Shown in pieces: positions 23,501 through 38,329 of a stretch of DNA of 64,000 bases. The DNA lies in assembly GCA_964016885.1 (NCBI GenBank), contig OZ024753.1, positions 10,602,001-10,666,000 of the forward strand. The letters run 5' to 3'. The DNA is from Eledone cirrhosa. Its lineage: Eukaryota. Position numbers and translations under genes: made by a program. A model generated the notes under the pieces. The model had not been told where the DNA came from and searched no databases. It saw nothing but the letters and a program-made list of their open reading frames with translations. Every line of letters starts with the position of its first letter. Position 1 is the stretch's first letter.

Positions 23501-26500
23501 GGTAGTTGACACTCCATATTGTAAGGTGTTCCTGTATATATTGGAATGATGGTAGGTGACACTCCATATTGTAAGGTGTTCCTCTATATATTGGAGTGAT
23601 GGTAGTTGACACTCCATATTGTAAGGTGTTCCTGTATATATTGGAATGATGGTAGGTGACACTCCATATTGTAAGGTGTTCCTCTATATATTGGAGTGAT
23701 GGTAGTTGACACTCCATATTGTAAGGTGTTCCTGTATATATTGGAATGATGGTAGGTGACACTCCATATTGTAAGGTGTTCCTCTATATATTGGAGTGAT
23801 GGTAGTTGACACTCCATATTGTAAGGTTTTCCTGTATATATTGGAGTGATGGTAGTTGACACTCCACATTGTAAGGTGTTCCTATATATATTGGAGTGAA
23901 GGTAGTTGACATTCCATATTGTAAGGTGTTCCTCTATATATTGGAGTGATGGTAGTTGACACTTCATAGTGTAAGGTGTTCCTATATATATTGGAGTGAT
24001 GGTAGATGACACTCCATATTGCAAGGTGTTCCTCTATATATTTATATTGGAGTGATGGTAGTTAACACTTCATATTGTAAGGAGTTCCTGTATATATTGG
24101 AGTGATGGTAGTTGACACTCCATATTGTAAGGTGTTCCTGTATATATTGGAGTAATGGTAGTTGACACTCCACATTGTAAGGTAATAGAGTATATATTGG
24201 AGTATGGTAGTTGACACTCCATTTTGTAGGGTGTTCCTCTATATATTGGAGTGATGGTAGTTGACACTTCATATTGTAAGGAGTTCCTGTATATATTGGA
24301 GTGATGGTAGTTGACACTTCATATTGTAAGGTATTCCTCTGTATATTGGAGTGATGGTAGTTGACACTCGATATTGTAAGGTGTTCCTGTATATATTGGA
24401 GTGATGGTAGTTGACACTTCATATTGTAAGGTGTTCCTCTATATATTGGAGTGATCGTAGTTGACACTCAATATTGTAAGGTGTTCTATATATTGGAGTG
24501 ATGGTAGTTGACACTTCATATTGTAAGGTAATCCAGTATATATTGGAGTGATGGTAGTTGACACTCCATAATGTAAGGTAATCCAGTATATATGGGAGTG
24601 ATGGTAGTTGACACTTCATATTGTAAGGTATTCCTCTATATATTGGAGTGATGGTAGTTGTCACTCCATATTGTAAGGTGTTCCTGTATATATTGGAGTG
24701 ATGGTAGTTGACACTCCATATTGTAAGATGTTCTTCTATATATTGGAGTGATGGTAGGTGACACTCGATATTGTAAGATGTTCCTCTATATATTGGAGTG
24801 ATGGTAGGTGATACTTCATTTTGTAAGGTGTTCCTGTATATATTGGAGTGAAGGTAGTTGACACTCCACATTGTAAGGTGTTCCTGTATATATTGGAGAG
24901 ATTGTAGTTGACACTCCACATTGTAAGGTGTTCCTCTATATATTTAAATTGGAGTGATGGTAGTTGACACTCCACATTGTAAGGTGTTCCTGTATATATT
25001 GGAGTGATGGTAGTTGACACTTCATATTGTAAGATGTTCCTCTATATATTGGAGTGATGGTAGTTGACACTTCATACTGTAAGCTGTTCCTCTATATATT
25101 GGAGTGATGGTAGTTGTCACTCCGTATTGTAAGGTGTTCCTGTATATATTGGAGTGATGGTAGTTGACACTTCATATTGTAAGGTGTTCCTCTATATATT
25201 GGAGTGATGGTAGTTGACACTTCATATTGTAAGGTGTTCCTCTATATATTGGAGTGATGGTAGTTGACACTTCATATTGTAAGGTGTTCCTCTATATATT
25301 GGAGTGATGGTAGTTGACACTCCACATTGTAAGGTGTTCCTCTATATATTGGAGTGATGGTAGTTGACACTCCACATTGTAAGGTGTACCTCTATATATT
25401 GGAGTGATGGTAGTTGACACTCCATATTGTAAGGTGTTCCTGTATATATTGGAGTGATGGTAGTTGACACTCCTTATTGTAAGGTGTTCCTCTATATATT
25501 GGAGTTATGGTAGTTGACACTTCATATTGTAAGGTAATCCAGTGTATATTGGAGTGATGATAGTTGACACTTCATATTGTAAGGTGTTCCTCTATATATT
25601 GGAGTGATGGTAGTTGACACTCCATATTGTAAGGTGTTCCTCTATATATTGGAGAGATGGTAGTTGGCACTCCATATTGTAAGGTGTTCCTGTATATATT
25701 GGAGTGATGGTAGTTGACACTGCATAATGTAAGGTAATCCAGTATATATTGGAGTGATGGTAGTTGACACTCCATAATGTAAGGTAATCCAGTATATATT
25801 GGAGTGATGGTAGTTGACACTCCATATTGTAAGGTGTTCCTGTATATATTGGAGTGATGGTAGTTGACACTCCATATTGTAAGATGTTCTTCTATATATT
25901 GGAGTGATGGTAGGTGACACTCCATATTGTAAGATGTTCCTCTATATATTGGAGTGATGGTAGGTGATACTCCATTTTTTAAGGTTTTCCTGTATATATT
26001 GTAGAGATTGTAGTTGACACTCTATATTGTATGGTATTCTTGTATATATTGGAGTGATGGTAGTTGACACCTCATACTGTAAGCTGTTCCTCTATATATT
26101 GGAGTGATGGTAGTTATCACTCCATATTGTAAGGTGTTCCTATATATATTGGAGTGATTGTAGTTAACACTCCACATTGTAAGGTGTTCCTGTATATATT
26201 GGAGTGATGGTAGTTGACACTCCATATTGTAAGGTGTTCCTCTATATATTGGAGTGATGGTAGTTGACACTTCATATTGTAAGGTGTTCCTGTATATATT
26301 GGAGCGATGGTAGTTGACACTCCATATTGTAAGGTGTTGAGCTATATATTGGAGTGATTGTAGCTGACACTTCATATTGTAAGGTGTTCCACTATATATT
26401 GGAGTGATGGTAGTTGACACTCCATATTGTAAGGTGCTGAGCTATATATTGGAGTGATTGTAGCTGACACTTCATATTGTAAGGTGTTCCTGTATATATT

Positions 26501-29500
26501 GGAGTGATGGTAGTTGACACTTCATATTGTAAGGTGTTCCTCTATATATTGGAGTGATGGTAGTTGACACTTCATATTGTAAGGTGTTCCTCTATATATT
26601 GGAGTGATGGTAGTTGACACTCAATATTGTAAGGTGTTCTATATATTGGAGTGATGGTAGTTGACACTTCATATTGTAAGGTAATCCAGTATATATTTGA
26701 GTGATGGTAGTTGACACTTCATATTGTAAGGTATTCCTCTGTATATTGGAGTGATGGTAGTTGACACTCGATATTGTAAGGTGTTCCTGTACATATTGGA
26801 GTGATGGTAGTTGACACTTCATATTGTAAGGTGTTCCTCTATATATTGGAGTGATGGTAGTTGACACTCAATATTGTAAGGTGTTCTATATATTGGAGTG
26901 ATGGTAGTTGACACTTCAAATTGTAAGGTAATCCAGTATATATTGGAGTGATGGTAGTTGACACTCCATATTGTAAGGTGTTCCTGTATATATTGGAGTG
27001 ATGGTAGTTGACACTCCATATTGTAAGATGTTCTTCTATATATTGGAGTGATGGTAGGTGACACTCCATATTGTAAGATGTTCCTCTATATATTGGAGTG
27101 ATGGTAGGTGATACTCCATTTTTTAAGGTTTTCCTGTATATATTGTAGAGATTGTAGTTGACACTCCACATTGTATGGTATTCTTGTATATATTGGAGTG
27201 ATGGTAGTTGACACTCCACATTGTAAGGTATTCTTGTATATATTGGAGTGATGGTAGTTGACACCTCATACTGTAAGCTGTTCCTCTATATATTGGAGTG
27301 ATGGTAGTTATCACTCCATATTGTAAGGTGTTCCTATATATATTGGAGTGATTGTAGTTAACACTCCACATTGTGAGGTGTTCCTCTATATATTGGAGTG
27401 ATGGTAGTTGACACTTCATATTGTAATGTGTTCCTGTATATATTGAAGTGATGGTAGTTGACACTCCATATTGTAAGGTGTTCCTCTATATATTGGAGTG
27501 ATGGTAGTTGACACTTCATATTGTAAGGTGTTCCTGTATATATTGGAGCGATGGTAGTTGACACTCCATATTGTAAGGTGTTGAGCTATATATTGGAGTG
27601 ATTGTAGCTGACACTTCATATTGTAAGGTGTTCAACTATATATTGGAGTGATGGTAGTTGACACTCCATATTGTAAGGTGTTGAGCTATATATTGGAGTG
27701 ATTGTAGCTGACACTTCATATTGTAAGGTGTTCCTGTATATATTGGAGTGATGGTAGTTGACACTTCATATTGTAAGGTGTTCCTCTATATATTGGAGTG
27801 ATGGTAGTTGACACTTCATATTGTAAGGTGTTCCTCTATATATTGGAGTGATGGTAGTTGACACTCAATATTGTAAGGTGTTCTATATATTGGAGTGATG
27901 GTAGTTGACACTTCATATTGTAAGGTAATCCAGTATATATTTGAGTGATGGTAGTTGACACTTCATATTGTAAGGTATTCCTCTGTATATTGGAGTGATG
28001 GTAGTTGACACTCGATATTGTAAGGTGTTCCTGTATATATTGGAGTGATGGTAGTTGACACTTCATATTGTAAGGTGTTCCTCTATATATTGGAGTGATG
28101 GTAGTTGACTCTCAATATTGTAAGGTGTTCTATATATTGGAGTGATGGTAGTTGACACTTCATATTGTAAGGTGTTCCACTATATATTGGAGTGATGGTA
28201 GTTGACACTCCATATTGTAAGGTGTTGAGCTATATATTGGAGTGATTGTAGATGACACTTCATATTGTAAGGTGTTCCACTATATATTGGAGTGATGGTA
28301 GTTGACACTCCATATTGTAAGGTGTTCATATACATATATTGGAGTATGGTAGTTGACACTCCATATTGAAAGGTGTTCCTCTTCATATTGGAGTGATGGT
28401 AGTTGACACTCAATATTGTAAGGTGTTCTATATATTGGAGTGATGGTAGTTGACACTTAATATTGTAAGGTATTCCTCTGTATATTGGAGTGATGGTAGT
28501 TGACACTTCATATTGTAAGGTATTCCTCTGTATATTGGAGTGATGGTAGTTGACACTCGATATTGTAAGGTGTTCCTGTATATATTGGAGTGATGGTAGT
28601 TGACACTTCATATTGTAAGGTGTTCCTCTATATATTGGAGTGATGGTAGTTGACACTCAATATTGTAAGGTGTTCTATATATTGGAGTGATGGTAGTTGA
28701 CACTTAATATTGTAAGGTGTTCCTCTATATATTGGAGTGATGGTAGTTGACACTCCATATTGTAAGGTGTTCCTCTATATATTGGAGTGATAGCAGTTGA
28801 CACTTAATATTGTAAGATGTTCCTGTATATATTGGAGTGATTGTAGTTGACACTTCATATTGTAAGGTGTTCCTCTATATATTGGAGTGATGATAGGTGA
28901 CACTCCATATTGTAAGGTGTTCCTCTATATATTGGAGTTATGGTAGTTGACACTCCATATTGTAAGGTGTTCCTTTATATATTGGAGTGATGGTAGGTGA
29001 CACTCCATATTGTAAGGTGTTCCTCTATATATTGGAGTGATGGTAGTTGACACTTCATATCGTAAGGTGTTCCTCTATATATTGGAGTGATGGTAGGTGA
29101 CACTCCATATTGTAAGGTGTTCCTCTATATATTGGAGTGATGGTAGTTGACACTTCATATTGTAAGGTGTTCCTGTATATATTGGAGCGATGGTAGTTGA
29201 CACTCCATATTGTAAGGTGTTGAGCTATATATTGGAGTGATTGTAGCTGACACTTCATATTGTAAGGTGTTCCACTATATATTGGAGTGATGGTAGTTGA
29301 CACTCCATATTGTAAGGTGTTGAGCTATATATTGGAGTGATTGTAGATGACACTTCATATTGTAAGGTGTTCCACTATATATTGGAGTGATGGTAGTTGA
29401 CACTCCATATTGTAAGGTGTTCATATACATATATTGGAGTATGGTAGTTGACACTCCATATTGAAAGGTGTTCCTCTTCATATTGGAGTGATGTTAGTTG

Positions 29501-32500
29501 ACACTCCATATTGTAAGGTGTTCCTGTATATATTGGAGTGATGGTAGTTGACACTCCATATTGTAAGGTGTTCCCCTATATATTGGACTTATGTTAGTTG
29601 ACACTCCATATTGTAAGGTGTTCCTGTATATATTGGAGTGATGGTAGTTGTCACTTCATATTGTAAGGTGTTCCTGTATATTTTGGAGTGAAGGTAGTTG
29701 ACACTCCATATTGTAAGGTGTTCCTCTATATATTGGAGTGATGGTAGTTGACACTTCATATTGTAAGGTGTTACTCTATATATTTATATTGGAGTGATGG
29801 TAGTTGACACTCCATATTGTAAGGTGTTCCTGTATATATTGGAGTGATGGTAGTTGACACTTCATATTGTAAGGTGTTCCTCTATATATTGCAGTGATGG
29901 TAGTTGACACTCTATATTGTAAGGTGTTCCTCTATATATTGGAGTGATGGTAGTTGACACTCTATATTGTAAGGTGTTCCTCTATATATTGCAGTGATGG
30001 TAGTTGACACTTCATATTGTAAGGTGTTCCTGTATATATTGGAGCGATGGTAGTTGACACTCCATATTGTAAGGTGTTGAGCTATATATTGGAGTGATTG
30101 TAGCTGACACTTCATATTGTAAGGTGTTCCACTATATATTGGAGTGATGGTAGTTGACACTCCATATTGTAAGGTGTTGAGCTATATATTGGAGTGATTG
30201 TAGCTGACACTTCATATTGTAAGGTGTTCCTGTATATATTGGAGTGATGGTAGTTGACACTTCATATTGTAAGGTGTTCCTCTATATATTGGAGTGATGG
30301 TAGTTGACACTTCATATTGTAAGGTGTTCCTCTATATATTGGAGTGATGGTAGTTGACACTCAATATTGTAAGGTGTTCTATATATTGGAGTGATGGTAG
30401 TTGACACTTCATATTGTAAGGTAATCCAGTATATATTTGAGTGATGGTAGTTGACACTTCATATTGTAAGGTATTCCTCTGTATATTGGAGTGATGGTAG
30501 TTGACACTCGATATTGTAAGGTGTTCCTGTATATATTGGAGTGATGGTAGTTGACACTTCATATTGTAAGGTGTTCCTCTATATATTGGAGTGATGGTAG
30601 TTGACTCTCAATATTGTAAGGTGTTCTATATATTGGAGTGATGGAAGTTGACACTTCATATTGTAAGGTGTTCCACTATATATTGGAGTGATGGTAGTTG
30701 ACACTCCATATTGTAAGGTGTTGAGCTATATATTGGAGTGATTGTAGATGACACTTCATATTGTAAGGTGTTCCACTATATATTGGAGTGATGGTAGTTG
30801 ACACTCCATATTGTAAGGTGTTCATATACATATATTGGAGTATGGTAGTTGACACTCCATATTGAAAGGTGTTCCTCTTCATATTGGAGTGATGGTAGTT
30901 GACACTCAATATTGTAAGGTGTTCTATATATTGGAGTGATGGTAGTTGACACTTAATATTGTAAGGTATTCCTCTGTATATTGGAGTGATGGTAGTTGAC
31001 ACTTCATATTGTAAGGTATTCCTCTGTATATTGGAGTGATGGTAGTTGACACTCGATATTGTAAGGTGTTCCTGTATATATTGGAGTGATGGTAGTTGAC
31101 ACTTCATATTGTAAGGTGTTCCTCTATATATTGGAGTGATGGTAGTTGACTCTCAATATTGTAAGGTGTTCTATATATTGGAGTGATGGTAGTTGACACT
31201 TAATATTGTAAGGTGTTCCTCTATATATTGGAGTGATGGTAGTTGACACTCCATATTGTAAGGTGTTCCTCTATATATTGGAGTGATAGCAGTTGACACT
31301 TAATATTGTAAGATGTTCCTGTATATATTGGAGTGATTGTAGTTGACACTTCATATTGTAAGGTGTTCCTCTATATATTGGAGTGATGATAGGTGACACT
31401 CCATATTGTAAGGTGTTCCTCTATATATTGGAGTTATGGTAGTTGACACTCCATATTGTAAGGTGTTCCTGTATATATTGGAGTGATGGTAGGTGACACT
31501 CCATATTGTAAGGTGTTCCTCTATATATTGGAGTGATGGTAGTTGACACTTCATATCGTAAGGTGTTCCTCTATATATTGGAGTGATGGTAGGTGACACT
31601 CCATATTGTAAGGTGTTCCTCTATATATTGGAGTGATGGTAGTTGACACTTCATATTGTAAGGTGTTCCTGTATATATTGGAGCGATGGTAGTTGACACT
31701 CCATATTGTAAGGTGTTGAGCTATATATTGGAGTGATTGTAGCTGACACTTCATATTGTAAGGTGTTCCACTATATATTGGAGTGATGGTAGTTGACACT
31801 CCATATTGTAAGGTGTTGAGCTATATATTGGAGTGATTGTAGATGACACTTCATATTGTAAGGTGTTCCACTATATATTGGAGTGATGGTAGTTGACACT
31901 CCATATTGTAAGGTGTTCATATACATATATTGGAGTATGGTAGTTGACACTCCATATTGAAAGGTGTTCCTCTTCATATTGGAGTGATGTTAGTTGACAC
32001 TCCATATTGTAAGGTGTTCCTGTATATATTAGAGTGATCGTAGTTGTCACTTTATATTGTAAGGTGTTCCTGTATATTTTGGAGTGATGGTAGTTGACAC
32101 TCCATATTGTAAGGTGTTCCTCTATATATTGGAGTGATGGTAGTTGACACTTCATATTGTAAGGTGTTACTCTACATATTTATATTGGAGTGATGGTAGT
32201 TGACACTCCATATTGTAAGGTGTTCCTGTATATATTGGAGTGATGGTAGTTGACACTTCATATTGTAAGGTGTTCCTCTATATATTGCAGTGATGGTAGT
32301 TGACACTCCATATTGTAAGGTGTTCCTCTATATATTGGAGTGATGGTAGTTGACACTCTATATTGTAAGGTGTTCCTCTATATATTGGAGTGATGGTAGT
32401 TGACACTCTATATTGTAAGGTGTTCCTCTATATATTGCAGTGATGGTAGTTGACACTCTATATTGTAAGGTGTTCCTCTATATATTGGAGTGATGGTAGT

Positions 32501-35091
32501 TGACACTTCATATTGTAAGGTAATCCAGTATATATTGGAGTGATGGTAGTTGACACTTCATATTGTAAGGTGTTCCTGTATATATTGGAGTGATGGTAGT
32601 TGACACTTCATATTGTAATGTGTTCCTCTATATATTGGAGTGATGGTAGGTGACACTTCATATTGTAAGGTGTTCCTCTATATATTGGAGTGATGGTAGT
32701 TGACACTCCATATTGTAAGGTGTTCCTGTATATATTGGAGTGATGGTAGGTGACACTCCATATTGTAAGGTGTTCCTCTATATATTGGAGTGATGGTAGG
32801 TGACACTCCATATTGTAAGGTGTTCCTCTATATATTGGAGTGATGGTAGGTGACACTCCATATTGTAAGGTGTTCCTCTATATATTGGAGTGATGGTAGT
32901 TGACACTTCATATTGTAAGGTGTTCCTCTATATATTGGAGAGATGGTAGTTGACAATTCATATTGTAAGGTGTTCCTGTATATATTGGAGAGATGGTAGT
33001 TGACACTTCATATTGTAAGGTGTTCCTCTATATATTGGAGAGATGGTAGTTGACACTCCATATTGTAAGGTGTTCCTGTATATATTGGAGTGATGGTAGT
33101 TGACACTTCATATTGTAAGGTGTTCCTGTATATATTGGAGTGATGGTAGTTGACACTCCATATTGTAAGGTGTTCCTGTATATATTGGAGTGATGGTAGT
33201 TGACACTTCATATTGTAAGGTGTTCCTCTATATATTGGAGAGATGGTAGTTGACACTTCATATTGTAAGGTGTTCCTGTATATATTGGAGTGATGGTAGT
33301 TGACACTCCATATTGTAAGGTGTTCCTGTATATATTGGAGAGATGGTAGTTGACACTTCATATTGTAAGGTGTTCCTCTATATATTGGAGAGATGGTAGT
33401 TGACACTCCATATTGTAAGGTGTTCCTGTATATATTGGAGTGATGGTAGTTGACACTCCATATTGTAAGGTGTTCCTGTATATATTGGAGTGATGGTAGT
33501 TGACACTTCATATTGTAAGGTGTTCCTCTATATATTGGAGAGATGGTAGTTGACACTTCATATTGTAAGGTGTTCCTGTATATATTGGAGAGATGGTAGT
33601 TGACACTTCATATTGTAAGGTGTTCCTCTATATATTGGAGAGATGGTAGTTGACACTCCATATTGTAAGGTGTTCCTGTATATATTGGAGTGATGGTAGT
33701 TGACACTTCATATTGTAAGGTGTTCCTCTATATATTGGAGTGATGGTAGTTGACACTCCATATTGTAAGGTGTTCCTGTATATATTGGAGTGATGGTAGT
33801 TGACACTCTATATTGTAAGGTGTTCCTCTATATTTTGGAGTGATGGTAGTTGACACTCCATATTGTAAGGTGTTCCTCTATATATTGGAGTGATGGTAGT
33901 TGACACTCCATATTGTAAGGTGTTCCTGTATATATTGGAGTGATGGTAGGTGACACTCCATATTTTAAGGTGTTCCTCTATATATTGGAGTGATGGTAGT
34001 TGACACTCCATATTGTAAGGTGTTCCTCTATATATTGGAGTGATGGTAGTTGACACTCTATATTGTAAGGTGTTCCTCTATATTTTGGAGTGATGGTAGT
34101 TGACACTTCATATTGTAAGGTGTTACTCTATATATTTATATTGGAGTGATGGTAGTTGACACTCCATATTGTAAGGTGTTCCTGTATATATTACAGTGAT
34201 GGTAGTTGACACTTCATATTGTAAGGTGTTCCTCTATATGTTGGAGTGATGGTAGTTGTCACTTCATATTGTAAGGTGTTCCTCTATATATTGAAGTGAT
34301 GGTAATTGACACTCCTCATTGTAAGGTGTTCCTATATATATTGGAGTGAAGGTAGTTGACATTCCATATTGTAAGGTGTTCCTCTATATATTGGAGTGAC
34401 ACTCCATATTGAAAGTTGTTCCTCTTTATATTGGAGTCATGTTAGTTGACACTCCATATTGTAAGGTGTTCCTGTATATATTGGAGTGATGGTAGTTGAC
34501 ACTCCATATCGTAAGGTGTTTCTCTATATATTGGAGTGATGGTAGTTGACACTTCATATTGTAATGCAATCCAGTATATATTGGAGTGATGGAAGTTGTC
34601 ACTTCATATTGTAAGGATTTTCTCTATATATTGGAGTGATGGAAGTTGACACTCCATATTGTAATTTGTTCCTGTATATATTGGAGTGATGGTAGGTGAC
34701 ACTCCATATTGTAAGGTTTTCCTCTATATATTGGAGTGATGGTAGTTGACAATTCATATTGTAAGGTGTTCCTGTATATATTGGAGTGATGGTAGTTGAC
34801 ACTCCATATTGTAAGCTGTTCCTGTATATATTTGTGTGATGGTAGTTGACACTCAATATTGTAATGTGTGCCTCTATATATTGGAGTGATGGTAGTTGAT
34901 ACTCCACATTGTAAGGTGTGTTTGTATATATTGGAGTGATGGTAGTTTCCACTCTATATTGTAAGGTGTTCCTGTATATATTGGAGTGATGGTAGTTGAT
35001 ACTCCACATTGTAAGGTGTTCCTCTATATATTGGAATGATGGTAGTTGATACTCCACATTGTAAGGTGTTCCTGTATATATTGGAGTGATG
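17541..35091 (+). repeat. 50-bp satellite array (about 350 units) with higher-order repeats
   Basis: Unit ATATATTGGAGTGATGGTAGTTGACACTCCATATTGTAAGGTGTTCCTCT. Recurrent variant blocks at offsets 1514, 1504 and 2496 bp, visible as matching ORFs in the track. Confidence 0.98.
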
Positions 35092-35236
35092 ATAGAGTTG
35101 TACACACACAGACACACGCACATATATATGTATGATACATTTACATTTGTACGTGTACAGTATATTGGTTACTAAGTCTACAGAAGCACGCACACACATA
35201 TACATCTATATGTTTACACTCACATTAAGTATATAT

Positions 35237-35402
35237 GTTTCTACTTTTAGCACAAGGCCTGTAATTCCCCTAGTACATTACTGGTACTTTGCCTTTCATC
35301 CTTACGGGTTTGATAAAATAAAGTTAAGCTCGGCGTGATTTGAAATCAGATCATAAAGGGACGTAAATCTATGCTGGAAAGCATGACGTCCGACCCTCTA
35401 TC
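35237..35402 (-). mobile_element. tRNA-derived SINE, main family (rearranged)
   Basis: Tail, core and B-box region are recognisable; part of the core is locally inverted. Confidence 0.7.
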
Positions 35403-35543
35403 GAATCACATTATCTATATAGACATATAGACATGCCAGTTATGCGTATTTCTGTGTCAATTAAAAAACATATCAAAAGATAAAGAATATTTACAGCATC
35501 AATGAACATAAAAGAAATTGGTTGCCTTATTAAGTCTACTAAC

Positions 35544-38329
35544 TACAGGAGTAACACTAACACTGCTGTACTAATATACATATATAACAGGTGTAACACT
35601 AACACTGTTGTACTAATATATATATAACAAGTGTAACACTAACACTACTGTACTAATATATATATAACAGGTGTAACACTAACACTGCTGTGCTAATATA
35701 TATATAACAGGAGTAACACTAACACTGCTGTACTAATATATATATAACAGGAGTAACACTAACACTGCTGTACTAATATATATATAACAGGAGTAACACT
35801 AACACTGCTGTACTAATATATATATAACAGGAGTAACACTAACACTGCTGTACTAATGTATATATAACAGGAGTAACACTAACACTGCTGTACTAATATA
35901 TATATAACTGGTGTAACACTAACAGTGCTGTACTAATATATATATAACAGGTGTAACACTAACACTGCTGTACTAATATATATATAACAGGAGTAACACT
36001 AACACTGTTGTACTAATATATATAACAGGAGTAACACTAACACTGCTGTACTAATATATATATAACAGGAGTAACACTAACACTGCTGTACTAATATATA
36101 TATAACAGGAGTAACACTAACACTGCTGTACTAATATATATATATATAACAGGAGTAACACTAACACTGCTGTACTAATATATATATAACGGGTGTAACA
36201 CTAACACTGCTATACTGATATATATATAACAGGTGTAACACTAACACTGCTGTACTAATATATATATATAACAGGAGTAACACTAACACTGCTGTACTAA
36301 TATATATATAACAGGAGTAACACTAACACTGCTGTACTAATATATATATAACAGGAGTAACACTAACACTGCTGTACTAATATATATATATAACAGGAGT
36401 AACACTAACACTGTTGTACTAATATATATATAACAGGAGTAACACTAACACTGCTGTACTAATATATATATAACAGGAGTAACACTAACACTGTTGTACT
36501 AATATATATATAACAGGAGTAACACTAACACTACTGTACTAATATATATATAACAGGTGTAACACTAACACTGCTGTACTAATATATATATAACAGGTGT
36601 AACACTAACACTACTGTACTAATATATATAACAGGTGTAACACTAACACTACTGTACTAATATATATATAACAGGTGTAACACTAACACTACTGTACTAA
36701 TATATATATATAACAGGTGTAACACTAACACTGCTGTACTAATATATATATATAACAGGAGTAACACTAACACTGCTGTACTAATATATATATAACAGGT
36801 GTAACACTAACACTGCTGTACTAATATATATATAACAGGAGTAACACTAACACTGCTGTACTAATATATATATAACAGGAGTAACACTAACACTGCTGTA
36901 CTAATATATATATAACAGGTGTAACACTAACACTGCTGTACTAATATATATATAACAGGTGTAACACTAACACTGCTGTACTAATATATATATATATAAC
37001 AGGAGTAACACTAACACTGCTGTACTAATATATATATAACAGGTGTAACACTAACACTGCTGTACTAATATATATATAACAGGTGTAACACTAACACTGC
37101 TGTACTAATATATATATAACAGGTGTAACACTAACACTGCTGTACTAATATATATATAACAGGTGTAACACTAATACTGTTGTACTAATATATATATAAC
37201 AGGTGTAACACTAACACTGCTGTACTAATATATATATAACTGGAGTAACACTAACACTGCTGTACTAATATATATATAACAGGAGTAACACTAACACTGC
37301 TGTACTAATATATATATAACAGGTGTAACACTAACACTGCTGTACTAATATATATATTACAGGTGTAACACTAACACTGCTGTACTACTATATATATATA
37401 ACAGGAGTAACACTAACACTGCTGTACTAATATATATATAACAGGAGTAACACTAACACTACTGTACTAATATATATATAACTGGTGTAACACTAACACT
37501 GCTGTACTAATATATATATAACTGGTGTAACACTAACACTGTTGTACTAATATATATATAACAGGAGTAACACTAACACTGCTGTACTAATATATATATA
37601 ACAGGAGTAACACTAACACTGCTGTACTACTATATATATATAACAGGAGTAACACTAACACTGCTGTACTAATATATATATAACAGGAGTAACACTAACA
37701 CTACTGTACTAATATATATATAACTGGTGTAACACTAACACTGCTGTACTAATATATATATAACTGGTGTAACACTAACACTGCTGTACTAATATATATA
37801 TATATAACAGGTGTAACACTAACACTGCTGTACTAATATATATATATATAACAGGTGTAACACTAACACTGCTGTACTAATATATATATAACAGGTGTAA
37901 CACTAACACTGCTGTACTAATATATATATAACAGGTGTAACACTAACACTGTTGTACTAATATATATAACAGGTGTAACACTAACACTGCTGTACTAATA
38001 TATATATAACAGGAGTAACACTAACACTGCTGTACGAATATATATATAACAGGAGTAACACTAACACTGCTGTACTAATATATATATAACAGGTGTAACA
38101 CTAACACTGTTGTACTAATATATATATAACAGGTGTAACACTAACACTGCTGTACTAATATATATATTACAGGTGTAACACTAACACTGCTGTACTAATA
38201 TATATATAACAGGGTAACACTAATACTGCTGTACTAATATATATATATAACAGGTGTAACACTAACAGTGCTGTACTAATATATATATAACTGGTGTAAC
38301 ACTAACACTGCTGTACTAATATATATATA
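35544..38329. repeat. ~40-bp satellite (ACAGGAGTAACACTAACACTGCTGTACTAATATATATATA), about 69 units with variable (TA)n
   Basis: Direct inspection of tandem units. Confidence 0.98.
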
